This document shows, one piece after another, positions 1 through 9,250 of a stretch of DNA of 64,000 nt. The notes beneath the pieces were generated by a model, which did not search any database, had not been told where the DNA came from, and saw nothing but the letters and a program-made list of their open reading frames with translations. Source of the stretch: an uncultured Chloroflexia bacterium (lineage in GTDB: Bacteria > Chloroflexota > Chloroflexia > Thermomicrobiales > UBA6265). Every line of letters begins with the position of its first letter. The first letter of the stretch is position 1. The position numbers and the translations under genes were made by a program. The stretch covers positions 192,001-256,000 of the forward strand of contig CAVRUC010000004.1 in assembly GCA_963724295.1 (NCBI GenBank). The letters run 5' to 3'.

Positions 1-45
1 ACCAGTTCTGCAAGGACTTGGAACTGACCAGTTTGTCGCGAATCG

Positions 46-1209
46 CTACCCGGCCTCGCCCTCGGCCAGGATGTGGCGGGCGATGACGACCTTCTGAATC
101 TCGCTGGCGCCGTCGTAGATCTGGGTGACCTTGGCGTCGCGAAAGTAGCGCTCGACGTCGTAACCCTTCAGGTAGCCGCGGCCGCCGAGGATCTGGATGG
201 CGTTCGTCGTGTGCTTCATGCAGTTGTCGCTGCAGAACACCTTGGCCATGGCCGCTTCTCGCGTGAAGCGCACCCCCGTGCCGCGCACGGTCGCCGCACG
301 CCAGGTGAGCCACTGCCCGGCCTCGATCTCGGTCGCCATCTCGGCCAGCATGAACTGAACCGCCTGCAAGTCGGCCAGCGGTTTGCCGAACTGAATGCGC
401 CCCAGGGCATGAGTGCGGGCCGCGTCGAGAGCGGCCCGCGAGAGACCGAGTGCGATCGAGGCGACATCGATGCGGGTCACGTCGAGACTCGCCATGGCGA
501 TCTTGAACCCCTGTCCCTCCTCGCCGAGCAGGTTCTGGCGCGGCACCCGCACGCCGTCGAACGTCACGCCGCCGAGCGGATTCCCGAGCTGACCGAGCTT
601 GCGTTCCGGCGGCCCGATCGTCACCCCCGGCCGGTCGCGCTCGACCATCAGCACCGCCATGCCGCGCGTGCCCAACGATCGATCGAGGGTGCAGAGGACC
701 ATGAAGGCATCCGCGATGGGGGCGAAGGTGATCGGCCACTTCGCGCCGTCGAGCACATAGCAGTCGCCGTCGCGACGCGCCATGGTTGCCAGCGACGCGA
801 GATCCGACCCGGCGTCCGGCTCGGTCACGGCGAAGCCGATCGTGCAGTCGCCGCGCAGGAGCGGCGGCAACCACTGTCGCTTGACGGCATCGCCGCCGAA
901 CCGGTCGAGGGCAAAGGCGGTGATGCGGATCGCTGAGACGATGTTGCCGAGCGCGGCGGAGGCCCAGGAGATCTCTTCGCAAGCGATGGTGGCGCCGACG
1001 GGATCACCGTGACCGAGGCTGCCCAGCCCCGACCGCCACTCCGCCGGCAGCTCCAGACCGAGCACGCCGAGGCGGGCAATGTGCTGAACGACCTCGGCCG
1101 GGTAGACGTCCTGCTCATCGATCTGGGACGCCAGCGGCGCCAGCTCTTTCCGGGCGAAAGCCCGCACCTGGTCTCGGATGGTGCGTTGCTCGTCGGTGAG
1201 ATCGATCAT
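46..1209 (-). CDS. Acyl-CoA dehydrogenase family protein
   Basis: 387 aa ORF with ACAD motifs FAVTEPDAGSD, QFGKPL, QILGGRGY and IYDGASEIQK. Confidence 0.95.
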   Translation of the reverse strand: MIDLTDEQRTIRDQVRAFARKELAPLASQIDEQDVYPAEVVQHIARLGVLGLELPAEWRSGLGSLGHGDPVGATIACEEISWASAALGNIVSAIRITAFALDRFGGDAVKRQWLPPLLRGDCTIGFAVTEPDAGSDLASLATMARRDGDCYVLDGAKWPITFAPIADAFMVLCTLDRSLGTRGMAVLMVERDRPGVTIGPPERKLGQLGNPLGGVTFDGVRVPRQNLLGEEGQGFKIAMASLDVTRIDVASIALGLSRAALDAARTHALGRIQFGKPLADLQAVQFMLAEMATEIEAGQWLTWRAATVRGTGVRFTREAAMAKVFCSDNCMKHTTNAIQILGGRGYLKGYDVERYFRDAKVTQIYDGASEIQKVVIARHILAEGEAG

Positions 1210-1233
1210 CAGCCCGCCCTTGCGCCTCAGATA

Positions 1234-1344
1234 CCCTCACCCCAACGCTTGTCCTCACCCCCAACCCCCTCTCCCGTCGAAGACAGGAGAGGGGGCTTTC
1301 TCCCTTCTCCCCGCTCCGAGGGGAGAAGGGTTGGGGTTGAGGGG
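1234..1344. repeat. Palindromic intergenic element, family A, copy 1
   Basis: CCTCACCCCCAACCCCCTCTCCC...GGAGAGGGGG followed by core CCCTTCTCCCCGCTCCGAGGGGAGAAGGG (1302-1330). The core is identical at 63666-63694 and, reverse-complemented, at 40748-40776. Confidence 0.9.
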
Positions 1345-1379
1345 GTCACAAGGGAGACGGGGAGGGAGCTAGGGTGCTA

Positions 1380-2564
1380 CTAGCTCGCTTCGCCGCCCCA
1401 ACGTGCCGGGAAGTCGGGCATGTTCTCGCAACCGCACAGGGCGTAGTGCAGCGGCGGCATGTTCGGCTGGAGATACTGATCGAGATTCTCGCTCGTGATA
1501 ACAGGCTCCGGCAGAATCCACTCCTTGGGAACCTCTTGCCCTTGCAGGATCATCACCGCGGCGATGATCGGCGTCCGCCACTGGTAGGTCGGATAGGTCG
1601 GCGCAACCGCGGTCAGACCGTCGTCCTTCCACTTGCGCAGGAAGTCCTGCTGGTCCTCGCCGGTGATCGGTGGCACGTCCAGACCGAGGTCCTCGAAGGC
1701 TTCGATCGCGCCGACGCTGGTGGCACCGGCATCCATCCAGACGCCGTCGATGGTGCCGAAGCGGTCGATGTAGTCGGTGACGATCGACTTCGTGTTGGCG
1801 ACGTCACCCTCGGTGAACTCGACGCCAACGACGTTGACGCCGGCTTGATCAAAGATGGCCTTGGCCGCCGACCAACGCGTCTCGAGCACATCCACCCCGG
1901 GGAGGATGCGCAGCGCCAGGATGTTGCCGCCCGGTGCGACATTCTCGACCAGGAACTCGGCCGCGTCGGCGCCGAAGGCGTAGCCGCCGATCGGATGGAT
2001 GAAGGTGACTGGGCAGTCGGTGTTGACACCGCGGTCGAAAACGATCACGGGCAGTTGCTCGCACGCCTGCTCGACGGCAGGGGTCAGGGCAGCGGTGGTG
2101 TTCGGTGAGACGATCAGGATGCTGCAATCCTGGCCGAGCAGATCCTGGATATCGGCGATCTGCTTCTCGTCACTCCCCTCAGCGTCGACGTGAACGAACT
2201 CGGTGATGTCCGGCTGTAGGTCGACCTCGGCCTGCATCGTCGTCCACCCGACGACGCGCCAGGGATTGTTGACGCCGGCGTTGGAGAAGCAGACCTTGTA
2301 GGGTGGGTCTGTCGCGTACTCGCTGGTGTCGACGTACTCGGGCTCGAGCGCCTGCACCCACGGTTGATCGGCCGGGCCTTCCGGCTCGACGTCCCGCAGC
2401 CGCAGCTGCTCCTCGAACTCCTCCTGGACAAAGAACTCGGACTGGGGCCCGGTGGCCGGTGTGCTGTCCTGAGCGGCTGTCAGCCCTCCGCCGGTGACGA
2501 CGGCTACGAGCAGCGTTATGGCCGTCGCAAGTGCCCGGAAACGTTGACCCGCGGGGATACGCAT
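1380..2564 (-). CDS. Sugar ABC transporter substrate-binding protein (RbsB/Peripla_BP_4 type)
   Basis: Signal peptide after ATG 2564 (AGAGGAG RBS); motifs NNPWRVVGW, DEKQIADIQDL, PVIVFDR; last gene of an ABC operon. Confidence 0.9.
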   Translation of the reverse strand: MRIPAGQRFRALATAITLLVAVVTGGGLTAAQDSTPATGPQSEFFVQEEFEEQLRLRDVEPEGPADQPWVQALEPEYVDTSEYATDPPYKVCFSNAGVNNPWRVVGWTTMQAEVDLQPDITEFVHVDAEGSDEKQIADIQDLLGQDCSILIVSPNTTAALTPAVEQACEQLPVIVFDRGVNTDCPVTFIHPIGGYAFGADAAEFLVENVAPGGNILALRILPGVDVLETRWSAAKAIFDQAGVNVVGVEFTEGDVANTKSIVTDYIDRFGTIDGVWMDAGATSVGAIEAFEDLGLDVPPITGEDQQDFLRKWKDDGLTAVAPTYPTYQWRTPIIAAVMILQGQEVPKEWILPEPVITSENLDQYLQPNMPPLHYALCGCENMPDFPARWGGEAS

Positions 2565-2696
2565 CGCCTCACTCCTCTGATGGCGCGGCCGCGGCACAGC
2601 TTTGTGCCCGGACGGCATCACGCCTCATCCACGTCCGACCGAACTACCGCCGCTGCGCTGCGACCCTCCTTTCGTAGTGACGAGGTGTCGATGTCT

Positions 2697-3704
2697 CTAT
2701 CGCGCCCGACGCAAGCGGTATGCCGCGTACGCGACGGCGCCGATGATGATCAGCCCTTGTACGGCGTCGCGCAATGGTTTCGGCAAGCCGAGCAAGTTGA
2801 GCAGCGTGAAGAGCGCCTCGAGCGCTAACGCCCCGGCCATGACGGCGACCATCGATCCGCGGCCCCCGCCCAGGGCGGCTCCGCCGAGCACGACCGCCGA
2901 GATCGCCTGAAACTCGTATCCGGCCCCGGCCTCCTGCGAGATGCCGGCGAAGCCTCCCACCAGGATGCCGGCGATGACAGCCGAAATACCGGAGAGCACG
3001 AAGGCGAGGGTGCGTACCCGCGGCACATCAACCCCCGAGAGGGCCGCAGCCCGTGGATTGCCACCGGCGGCGAAGATCTGCTTGCCGAACGTGGTGCGGT
3101 GCAGCAGGAGCACCGCGGCGATGCCGGTGACGACCAGAACGATCACCGAATAGGGGAGCTGCTCGATCACCGGTACATCCTCGATGCCGCGGCGGCCGAA
3201 AACGCGGAAGTTGTCGGGCAACGATCCGCGCGGCGCGCCACCGGACCAATAGAGAACCGCTCCCTGCAAGATGAGCAACATGCCAAGGGTCGTGATGAAG
3301 GAGGGGACGTAGAGCCGCGTCGTGACAATGCCGTTGATGAGTCCGACGACGATGCCGAGCGCAAAGAGGGCGACCACGACCCACAAGGTGCGGTCGGGAT
3401 CCCCTTCAGTCAGCCCGGCCGCGGCGACGACGACGGCGGTGATCAGTGAGCCGACCGACAGGTCGAACTCGCCGGAGACGATGACGAACATCTGCCCCGC
3501 GGCCAGGATCATCAGCGGCGCCGCGCGCTTGAGAAAGGCGAGGAAAACCGGGGGTTCCGTGAAGTTGGGGTTGAGGATAGCGATCCAGACGAGCAGCCCG
3601 ATGAGGACGACGAAGATCGGCGCCGTGCCGAGCGCGCCGCGCCGGAGGCGCTCCCGCCACGAGATCGTCAACTCCTGCTCGAAGCGAGCCGTCGTCGAGG
3701 TCAT
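2697..3704 (-). CDS. Sugar ABC transporter permease (RbsC type)
   Basis: Hydrophobic; FDLSVGS, GGNPRAAALSG, AVVLGG motifs. Confidence 0.93.
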   Translation of the reverse strand: MTSTTARFEQELTISWRERLRRGALGTAPIFVVLIGLLVWIAILNPNFTEPPVFLAFLKRAAPLMILAAGQMFVIVSGEFDLSVGSLITAVVVAAAGLTEGDPDRTLWVVVALFALGIVVGLINGIVTTRLYVPSFITTLGMLLILQGAVLYWSGGAPRGSLPDNFRVFGRRGIEDVPVIEQLPYSVIVLVVTGIAAVLLLHRTTFGKQIFAAGGNPRAAALSGVDVPRVRTLAFVLSGISAVIAGILVGGFAGISQEAGAGYEFQAISAVVLGGAALGGGRGSMVAVMAGALALEALFTLLNLLGLPKPLRDAVQGLIIIGAVAYAAYRLRRAR

Positions 3705-4684
3705 GTGCGAGACCGATGGCTGCGCAGAGAATAGGCCGCGACCGCAGCGACGATGATCACCCCGCGCAGGACATCCTTGAGGTAGGTGTTGACTTCCAGC
3801 TGGTTGAAGAGATTGTCGAGCAGGGCCAGGATGAGCACGCCGGCGACGGTCCCCAGCACGCCGCCCTTGCCGCCGCTGAGGGCGGTGCCGCCGAGGACCA
3901 CGGCCGCAATCGACTCCAGGTCGTAGTTGCCGTCGGGGCCGACCCAGGGGGCGCCGGCTCCCAGCCGGCTGACAATGAACAGCCCGGTCAGGACGCAGGT
4001 CAGACTACAGAGGACATGGGCGCCAATCAGCGCTCGCGCCGAGCGGACGCCGGAGAGGCGAGCGGTCTCCTCACTGCCACCGATCGCGTACAGGTGATGG
4101 CCAAACCGGGTGTAGCGCAGCAGGAACCAGGCGAAGAGGACGACGGCGAGGAAGAGGAGGACCGAGTACGGCACCGGACCGATGCCGCCGTAGCCCAATA
4201 CCTGGACTTCGGCCGGCACCGCTCCGGCGAAGTTGTCGAAGCTGGAGTTGAGGACGCCGCGCAGAATCAGCGCCATGCCGAGGGTGGCGATGAAGGGATT
4301 GACGCCCAGTCCGGTGATAATCAACCCGTTGGCGAGACCAATGGCAATGCCGATGGCGATGACGACGCCGATGCCGAGGAGCATCCGGTCGGGATCGCCC
4401 TGCATCACGTACGAGGCCATCACCGCGGTCACGCTGACCTGATAGGCGACAGAGAGGTCGAGCGATCCGCCGAGGATAACGAGGGTCTGGCCGACCGCGA
4501 CCATCCCGAGCGCGACCGAGCGGACGAGGGTGTTGGCGAGGTTGATCTGGCCACCATTGGCCAGGATGAGTCCCCAGGAGATCAGGGCCACCAGCGCCAG
4601 CACGCCGTAGATCACGGCGGTATCGGTGTCCAGCCCACGCCAGGCGCGGGCGGCGCGGTTGGGGGCGGCGGGCACGGCGATCAT
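3701..4684 (-). CDS. Sugar ABC transporter permease (RbsC type)
   Basis: LDLSV, IGGSEETARLSG, SIAAVVLGG; 4-nt overlaps with both neighbours. Confidence 0.93.
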   Translation of the reverse strand: MIAVPAAPNRAARAWRGLDTDTAVIYGVLALVALISWGLILANGGQINLANTLVRSVALGMVAVGQTLVILGGSLDLSVAYQVSVTAVMASYVMQGDPDRMLLGIGVVIAIGIAIGLANGLIITGLGVNPFIATLGMALILRGVLNSSFDNFAGAVPAEVQVLGYGGIGPVPYSVLLFLAVVLFAWFLLRYTRFGHHLYAIGGSEETARLSGVRSARALIGAHVLCSLTCVLTGLFIVSRLGAGAPWVGPDGNYDLESIAAVVLGGTALSGGKGGVLGTVAGVLILALLDNLFNQLEVNTYLKDVLRGVIIVAAVAAYSLRSHRSRT

Positions 4685-6264
4685 GCGGCTGCCAAGGTCT
4701 CGCGCTCACCGGTGGCGAGGAGCATGATCTGGGCTTCGCTAGCTCCCGGCGGCAACTCGCCGGCGATCGTACCGTCGCGCATGACGAGGATGCGGTCACT
4801 CATGCCAATCACCTCCGGCAGCTCCGAGGAGATCATCAGGATGGCGGCGCCGGCTCGCGCCAGCTCGCGCATCAGCTCGTGGATGCCTGCTTTGGCGCCG
4901 ACGTCGATACCGCGCGTCGGCTCGTCGAAGATCAGGATTTGCGCCCGCGTTGCCAACCACTTGGCGAGCACGACCTTTTGCTGATTGCCTCCGCTCAGGT
5001 AGCGGACCTCCTGCTCGAGGCTGGCGGCCCGCAGCTCCACGCGGCGGGCCAGTTCGAGGACCGAAGGCGCCTCCTTGTCCTTGACCGGGCGATCATTCAT
5101 GCGCGCCTGGCCCAAGGAGCGGAGCGCGAGCAGCGCGTTGTCGCGTACTGATTGGGGCAGGATCAAGCCTTCCAGCTTGCGATCCTCGGTCAGAAAGCCG
5201 ATCCCGGCCCGGATCGCCTGCCGCGGGGAACGGATGCGGACCGGTTTTCCGTTGAGCTCGACGGCGCCAGCCGTGAAGGGCTCGACGCCGAAGAGAGCCC
5301 GCGCCACCTCGGTCCTCCCCGCTCCGGCCAGACCGGCCAGCCCGACGATCTCCCCAGCCCGAACCTCGAAGTCGATGTCGTGGAGCTTGCCGACGGCGCC
5401 GCCGCGAACCTGCATCCGCACTGGCCCGATCTCAGCGGCGGCGGCGCGCGGCGGGAAGTAGTGATCCAGCTCGCGGCCGACCATCATTCGCACCAGCTCG
5501 CCGGGGCGCACCGACTCGCTAGCGACCGTGTCGACCCGGCGTCCATCTTTGAGGACGGTGATCCGCCGCGACAGTTCGAAGATCTCTTTCAGCCGGTGCG
5601 AGATGTAGAGCACGGCCAGACCGCGCTGCTGCAGGAGCCGCACCCGCTCGAAGAGCGCGTCGACCTCGTGCGGTGACAGCGCGGCGGTCGGCTCATCCAT
5701 GACCAGGATCCTGGCCTCGAAGGAGAGCGCCTTGGCGATCTCGACCGTTTGTTGCTGCGCCACGGAGAGCTCGCGCACCGGGGAGCCGGGCGAGATGGTG
5801 CCCTCGACGCCGAGCTCGGCCAGCAGCCTGGCGGTCGCCTCCTCCATCGCACGGTTGTCGACGAGCGGTCCCCGCGCTGGCTCGCGGCCGAGAAAGATGT
5901 TCTGGGCGACCGTCCGCTCGGGGAGGAGGTTGAACTCCTGGTAGATGATGCTCACCCCGCGCTCCTGCGCCTGGCGGGGGTGGCTGAAGCGGACCTCTTC
6001 GCCGTCGAGGAGGATCGACCCCGCGTCGGGTTGATAAGCGCCGACGAGGATCTTCATCAGGGTGCTCTTGCCGGCGCCATTCTCGCCGACGACGGCATGG
6101 ACCTCACCGGCCATCACGTCGAGGTCCACAGAATCGAGGACCGGCACGCCGAAGAAGCTCTTGGTGATGCCGCGCATCTGGAGCAGCGGCGCGCCAGGTT
6201 GGGCGCCGTCGGACTCACCTGTCACGGACGGGCCGGTGCTGACGCCTGAATCGAGCTTATCCAT
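4681..6264 (-). CDS. Sugar ABC transporter ATP-binding protein (RbsA type, two ABC domains)
   Basis: GENGAGKST, LSGGNQQKV, DEPTRGIDVG. Confidence 0.96.
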   Translation of the reverse strand: MDKLDSGVSTGPSVTGESDGAQPGAPLLQMRGITKSFFGVPVLDSVDLDVMAGEVHAVVGENGAGKSTLMKILVGAYQPDAGSILLDGEEVRFSHPRQAQERGVSIIYQEFNLLPERTVAQNIFLGREPARGPLVDNRAMEEATARLLAELGVEGTISPGSPVRELSVAQQQTVEIAKALSFEARILVMDEPTAALSPHEVDALFERVRLLQQRGLAVLYISHRLKEIFELSRRITVLKDGRRVDTVASESVRPGELVRMMVGRELDHYFPPRAAAAEIGPVRMQVRGGAVGKLHDIDFEVRAGEIVGLAGLAGAGRTEVARALFGVEPFTAGAVELNGKPVRIRSPRQAIRAGIGFLTEDRKLEGLILPQSVRDNALLALRSLGQARMNDRPVKDKEAPSVLELARRVELRAASLEQEVRYLSGGNQQKVVLAKWLATRAQILIFDEPTRGIDVGAKAGIHELMRELARAGAAILMISSELPEVIGMSDRILVMRDGTIAGELPPGASEAQIMLLATGERETLAAA

Positions 6265-6317
6265 CAGTCTGCATCAACTGAATCATGCCCTCTTGTACTG
6301 TCGGCTGATTCCTCCTG

Positions 6318-8186
6318 TCAATGCGCCGGACCGGCGGGTGATGTCACCAGGGGCAACGTGAAGGAAAACGTTGCGCCCTGGCCCGGAGTGCTCTGAACCC
6401 AGATGGTTCCGCCATGGCCCTGCACAATGTGCTTGGCGATCGCCAGACCCAACCCGGAGCCCGCCGAGCGCCGGGCCGAGTCACTCTTATAGAAGCGCTC
6501 GAAGATGCGCGGCAGCTCCTCTGCGGTGATGCCGACCCCGGTGTCGCGAACCGACACCCACAGCATTCCGTCCGTCACCCCCGCGTCGACGACAATTTCG
6601 CCCCCCTCGGGGGTGAACTTCACGGCGTTGTGGATCAGGTTGATGAGGACTTGCTCAATGCGACCGCGGTCGACCCGTACCTGCGGCAGGTCCGGTGCGG
6701 CCTCGACGCGGATCACCAGGCCAGCACGCTCCACTTGCGTTCGCAGCCGCTCGACAGCCCGCATCAGCAGGTCGACCGGATCGTAGGCCTCTGCCTTGAG
6801 AACCGCGCGTCCCGACTCGAGCCGAGCCAGATCCAACAGCTCGTCGACGAGAGCGACAAGATGGTCCACCTCTCCGATGATCCGTCTGAAAAAATCGCTG
6901 GCGACCGCCGGGTCGTTCGCCGCGCCGGTCTCGAGTGTCTCGACCACCGCCCGGATCGAGGCCAGCGGGGTGCGCAGCTCGTGCGACACGTTGGTGACGA
7001 ACTCCCGGCGCACTCGTTCCAGGCGTCGTAACTCCGTTACGTCCCGCAACACCATCAGCCCGAGCCGCTCCCCGCCGCCAGAGAACGGCTGCGCTGACGC
7101 CTCGAAAACTCGACTGCCGAGTCCATAAGCAACGGTGGCCGTCTGAGATCCATCCATAGCCAGGGCATAACTGAGCAGGCCGGCCAGATCATGGTCGCGC
7201 GAAGCCACGACAAAGGGCTGACCGACGGCCTCCTCCCTCGTCGCCCCAAGCATGCGCGCGGCCGCGGCATTCAATTGCACGACCGTGCCCGCATCATCGG
7301 TGATCACGACACCGTCATTGAGGTTGGCAAGCATCGCTTCCAGCCGGGCTCGCGAACGTGCTTGCTCGGTCACCAGTCGTCGCAGGTCCGCGGCCATGGC
7401 GTTGAAGTCGCGGGCCAGGTCGCCGAGCTCCCGCACACCGGCCGGTCGTACGGCTGCATCGAGTTGCCCGGTTGCGATGATTCCGGCCTGACGGCGGAGA
7501 TCCTCCAGGGGACCGGTGATTCTCCCGGCCACAAAAATCGCGACGGCAATTGCAAGTACCGCCGCGCTCACGGTAGCAATGGCGACGTCACGGCGAATTC
7601 TCGCAACCGCGGCGTTCACATCGTGTAGCGGGAAGGCCACCCGAGCCACCGCCCCTGACACTTCCGGAATCGGCACGGCGACATAGAGGAAATCCGCGTC
7701 GAGTGTCGCGCTATGGCGCCCTGCTTCCCCAATTCCGACCCGTCGCGCAAGGATCACTTCCGGTCGCCCGCCGTGGTTATCCATCGTTCGTGGGTCAGCC
7801 ACGGAGTCGCCGAGGACCGAGCCGTCGGCCGCTACAACAGTCACCCGTCCGTTGATTCGCTCACCCAGCCGCTTGACGAGAGGCTCGATAGCCTCGATCC
7901 CCTCGCCGGCTTCAAGCGACGGCGCCACGGCCGCAGCCACGATCTGGGCCTGATCCGCGAGCTGCTCAGACAGGCGATCGACGAAGAACTGACGACCTCC
8001 AACGGCGAGGTAGCCCCCGAGCACCAGGAGGACAGCAACGACGAGTCCTACCTGCGTCAGAGCCAGACGGCCGCGCACGGTCTGGGGTAGGTGTGTTGCC
8101 AGGAAATGACCGCGAATTGGCGTCGCGCCAGTATCTTGAGCGGCCGGCGATGGGACTGAGGCAGCACGAGCCGGAGTGGTGGGCAT
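6318..8186 (-). CDS. phoR: Phosphate regulon sensor histidine kinase (2 TM, HAMP, PAS, HisKA, HATPase)
   Basis: MDNHGGRPEV extracytoplasmic motif, NVSHELRTPL H-box, NAVKF, RDTGVGI, GSGLGLAI; divergent from phoP-pst. Start placed at ATG 8186. Confidence 0.9.
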   Translation of the reverse strand: MPTTPARAASVPSPAAQDTGATPIRGHFLATHLPQTVRGRLALTQVGLVVAVLLVLGGYLAVGGRQFFVDRLSEQLADQAQIVAAAVAPSLEAGEGIEAIEPLVKRLGERINGRVTVVAADGSVLGDSVADPRTMDNHGGRPEVILARRVGIGEAGRHSATLDADFLYVAVPIPEVSGAVARVAFPLHDVNAAVARIRRDVAIATVSAAVLAIAVAIFVAGRITGPLEDLRRQAGIIATGQLDAAVRPAGVRELGDLARDFNAMAADLRRLVTEQARSRARLEAMLANLNDGVVITDDAGTVVQLNAAAARMLGATREEAVGQPFVVASRDHDLAGLLSYALAMDGSQTATVAYGLGSRVFEASAQPFSGGGERLGLMVLRDVTELRRLERVRREFVTNVSHELRTPLASIRAVVETLETGAANDPAVASDFFRRIIGEVDHLVALVDELLDLARLESGRAVLKAEAYDPVDLLMRAVERLRTQVERAGLVIRVEAAPDLPQVRVDRGRIEQVLINLIHNAVKFTPEGGEIVVDAGVTDGMLWVSVRDTGVGITAEELPRIFERFYKSDSARRSAGSGLGLAIAKHIVQGHGGTIWVQSTPGQGATFSFTLPLVTSPAGPAH

Positions 8187-8283
8187 TGGCGGCAGTATAG
8201 CCGGGGGTCCGTCGTTCCCTAGTCGCCTGCGCGAGGAGTAATTGGCCCCGACACGGCGCCCGCTCTCCATTTGGCCAAAGACG

Positions 8284-8326
8284 TTAACAATTCTCTGACA
8301 CGAGTCGACGCCACGACTAGTATGCT
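8284..8326 (+). promoter_or_regulatory. Putative Pho box and -10 element of the phoP promoter
   Basis: TTAACA (8284) and CTGACA (8295) at 11-bp period, weaker TCGACG (8305), then TATGCT at 8321-8326, 7 nt before in-frame GTG 8334. Confidence 0.6.
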
Positions 8327-8333
8327 CAGTATC

Positions 8334-9164
8334 GTGGTAAGTCACGCATCTTCTTCGAGGCCGACAGCAGGCGGCGGGCCGCTGCAGCCGACCACCGCAG
8401 GCGGCGCTCTCCCCGAGCAGGCAACCATTCTGGTCGTCGAGGACGACCCGACGCTGCTCACTACCCTCTCGTACAACCTGTTACGCGAGGGATATCGCGT
8501 GCTCACTGCGGCCGACGGCGAGGCCGGGTTGGCGCTGGCTCGGCGGGAGCTTGCGCAGCTTGATCTGGTCATGCTCGACCTGATGCTGCCGAAACTGAGC
8601 GGCCTCCAGGTGCTGCGCCATCTGCGTGCCGAGACCGACATCCCGATCCTGATCCTCTCGGCGCGCGTCGAGGAGCAGGACAAGATCGATGGCCTGGAGC
8701 TGGGCGCCGACGACTACGTGGTCAAGCCATTTGCCTTACGGGAGCTGATGGCGCGGGTGCGTGCCGGCGTGCGGCGGCGAGCGGTGCCTGCTGCTCAGCC
8801 GCCGTCGGTGCTCTTCCGCGGTCCGCTAAGGATCGAGCTCGAGCGACGCCGGGTGCTCGTCGGCGAGCAAGAGATTCCGTTGCGGCCCAAGGAATATGGA
8901 CTCCTGGTGGCACTTGCCTTTGAACCCGGGCGGGTCTTCGGCCGTCAGGACCTCCTTGACGCTGTCTGGGGCGAGGACGTCATCGTCGACGATCGCACGG
9001 TGGATGTCCACATCTCCTGGCTGCGGGGAAAGTTGTCCGGCGCCGGTTTGAACGCGCAAGCCATCCAAACCGTGTACGGAGCCGGCTATCGGTTCGTGAT
9101 CCCCGAGGATTCGTCGCGCGGGGTCCCACCGGGGAGCACTGCAAGCGGTCTGTCGAGAACGTGA
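8334..9164 (+). CDS. phoP: OmpR/PhoB-family response regulator
   Basis: ILVVEDD, LDLMLP, GADDYVVKPF, RTVDVHISWLR, IQTVYGAGY; directly upstream of pstS. Start uncertain (8322 or 8334). Confidence 0.9.
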   Translation: MVSHASSSRPTAGGGPLQPTTAGGALPEQATILVVEDDPTLLTTLSYNLLREGYRVLTAADGEAGLALARRELAQLDLVMLDLMLPKLSGLQVLRHLRAETDIPILILSARVEEQDKIDGLELGADDYVVKPFALRELMARVRAGVRRRAVPAAQPPSVLFRGPLRIELERRRVLVGEQEIPLRPKEYGLLVALAFEPGRVFGRQDLLDAVWGEDVIVDDRTVDVHISWLRGKLSGAGLNAQAIQTVYGAGYRFVIPEDSSRGVPPGSTASGLSRT

Positions 9165-9250
9165 GGAGCTCCAGGACCCTTTTGGTCCAGCTCAACAGTC
9201 ATGGGCTGGCACGCGCCAGCCGCACGCTACAGATGGGGAGGAACAACAGG

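Noticed and set aside
1178..1372. Short ORFs across family A/B elements (also 50922-51164, 63523-63856)
   Set aside because: They are translations of the palindromic repeats ([11 protein letters not shown]) with no independent coding evidence.
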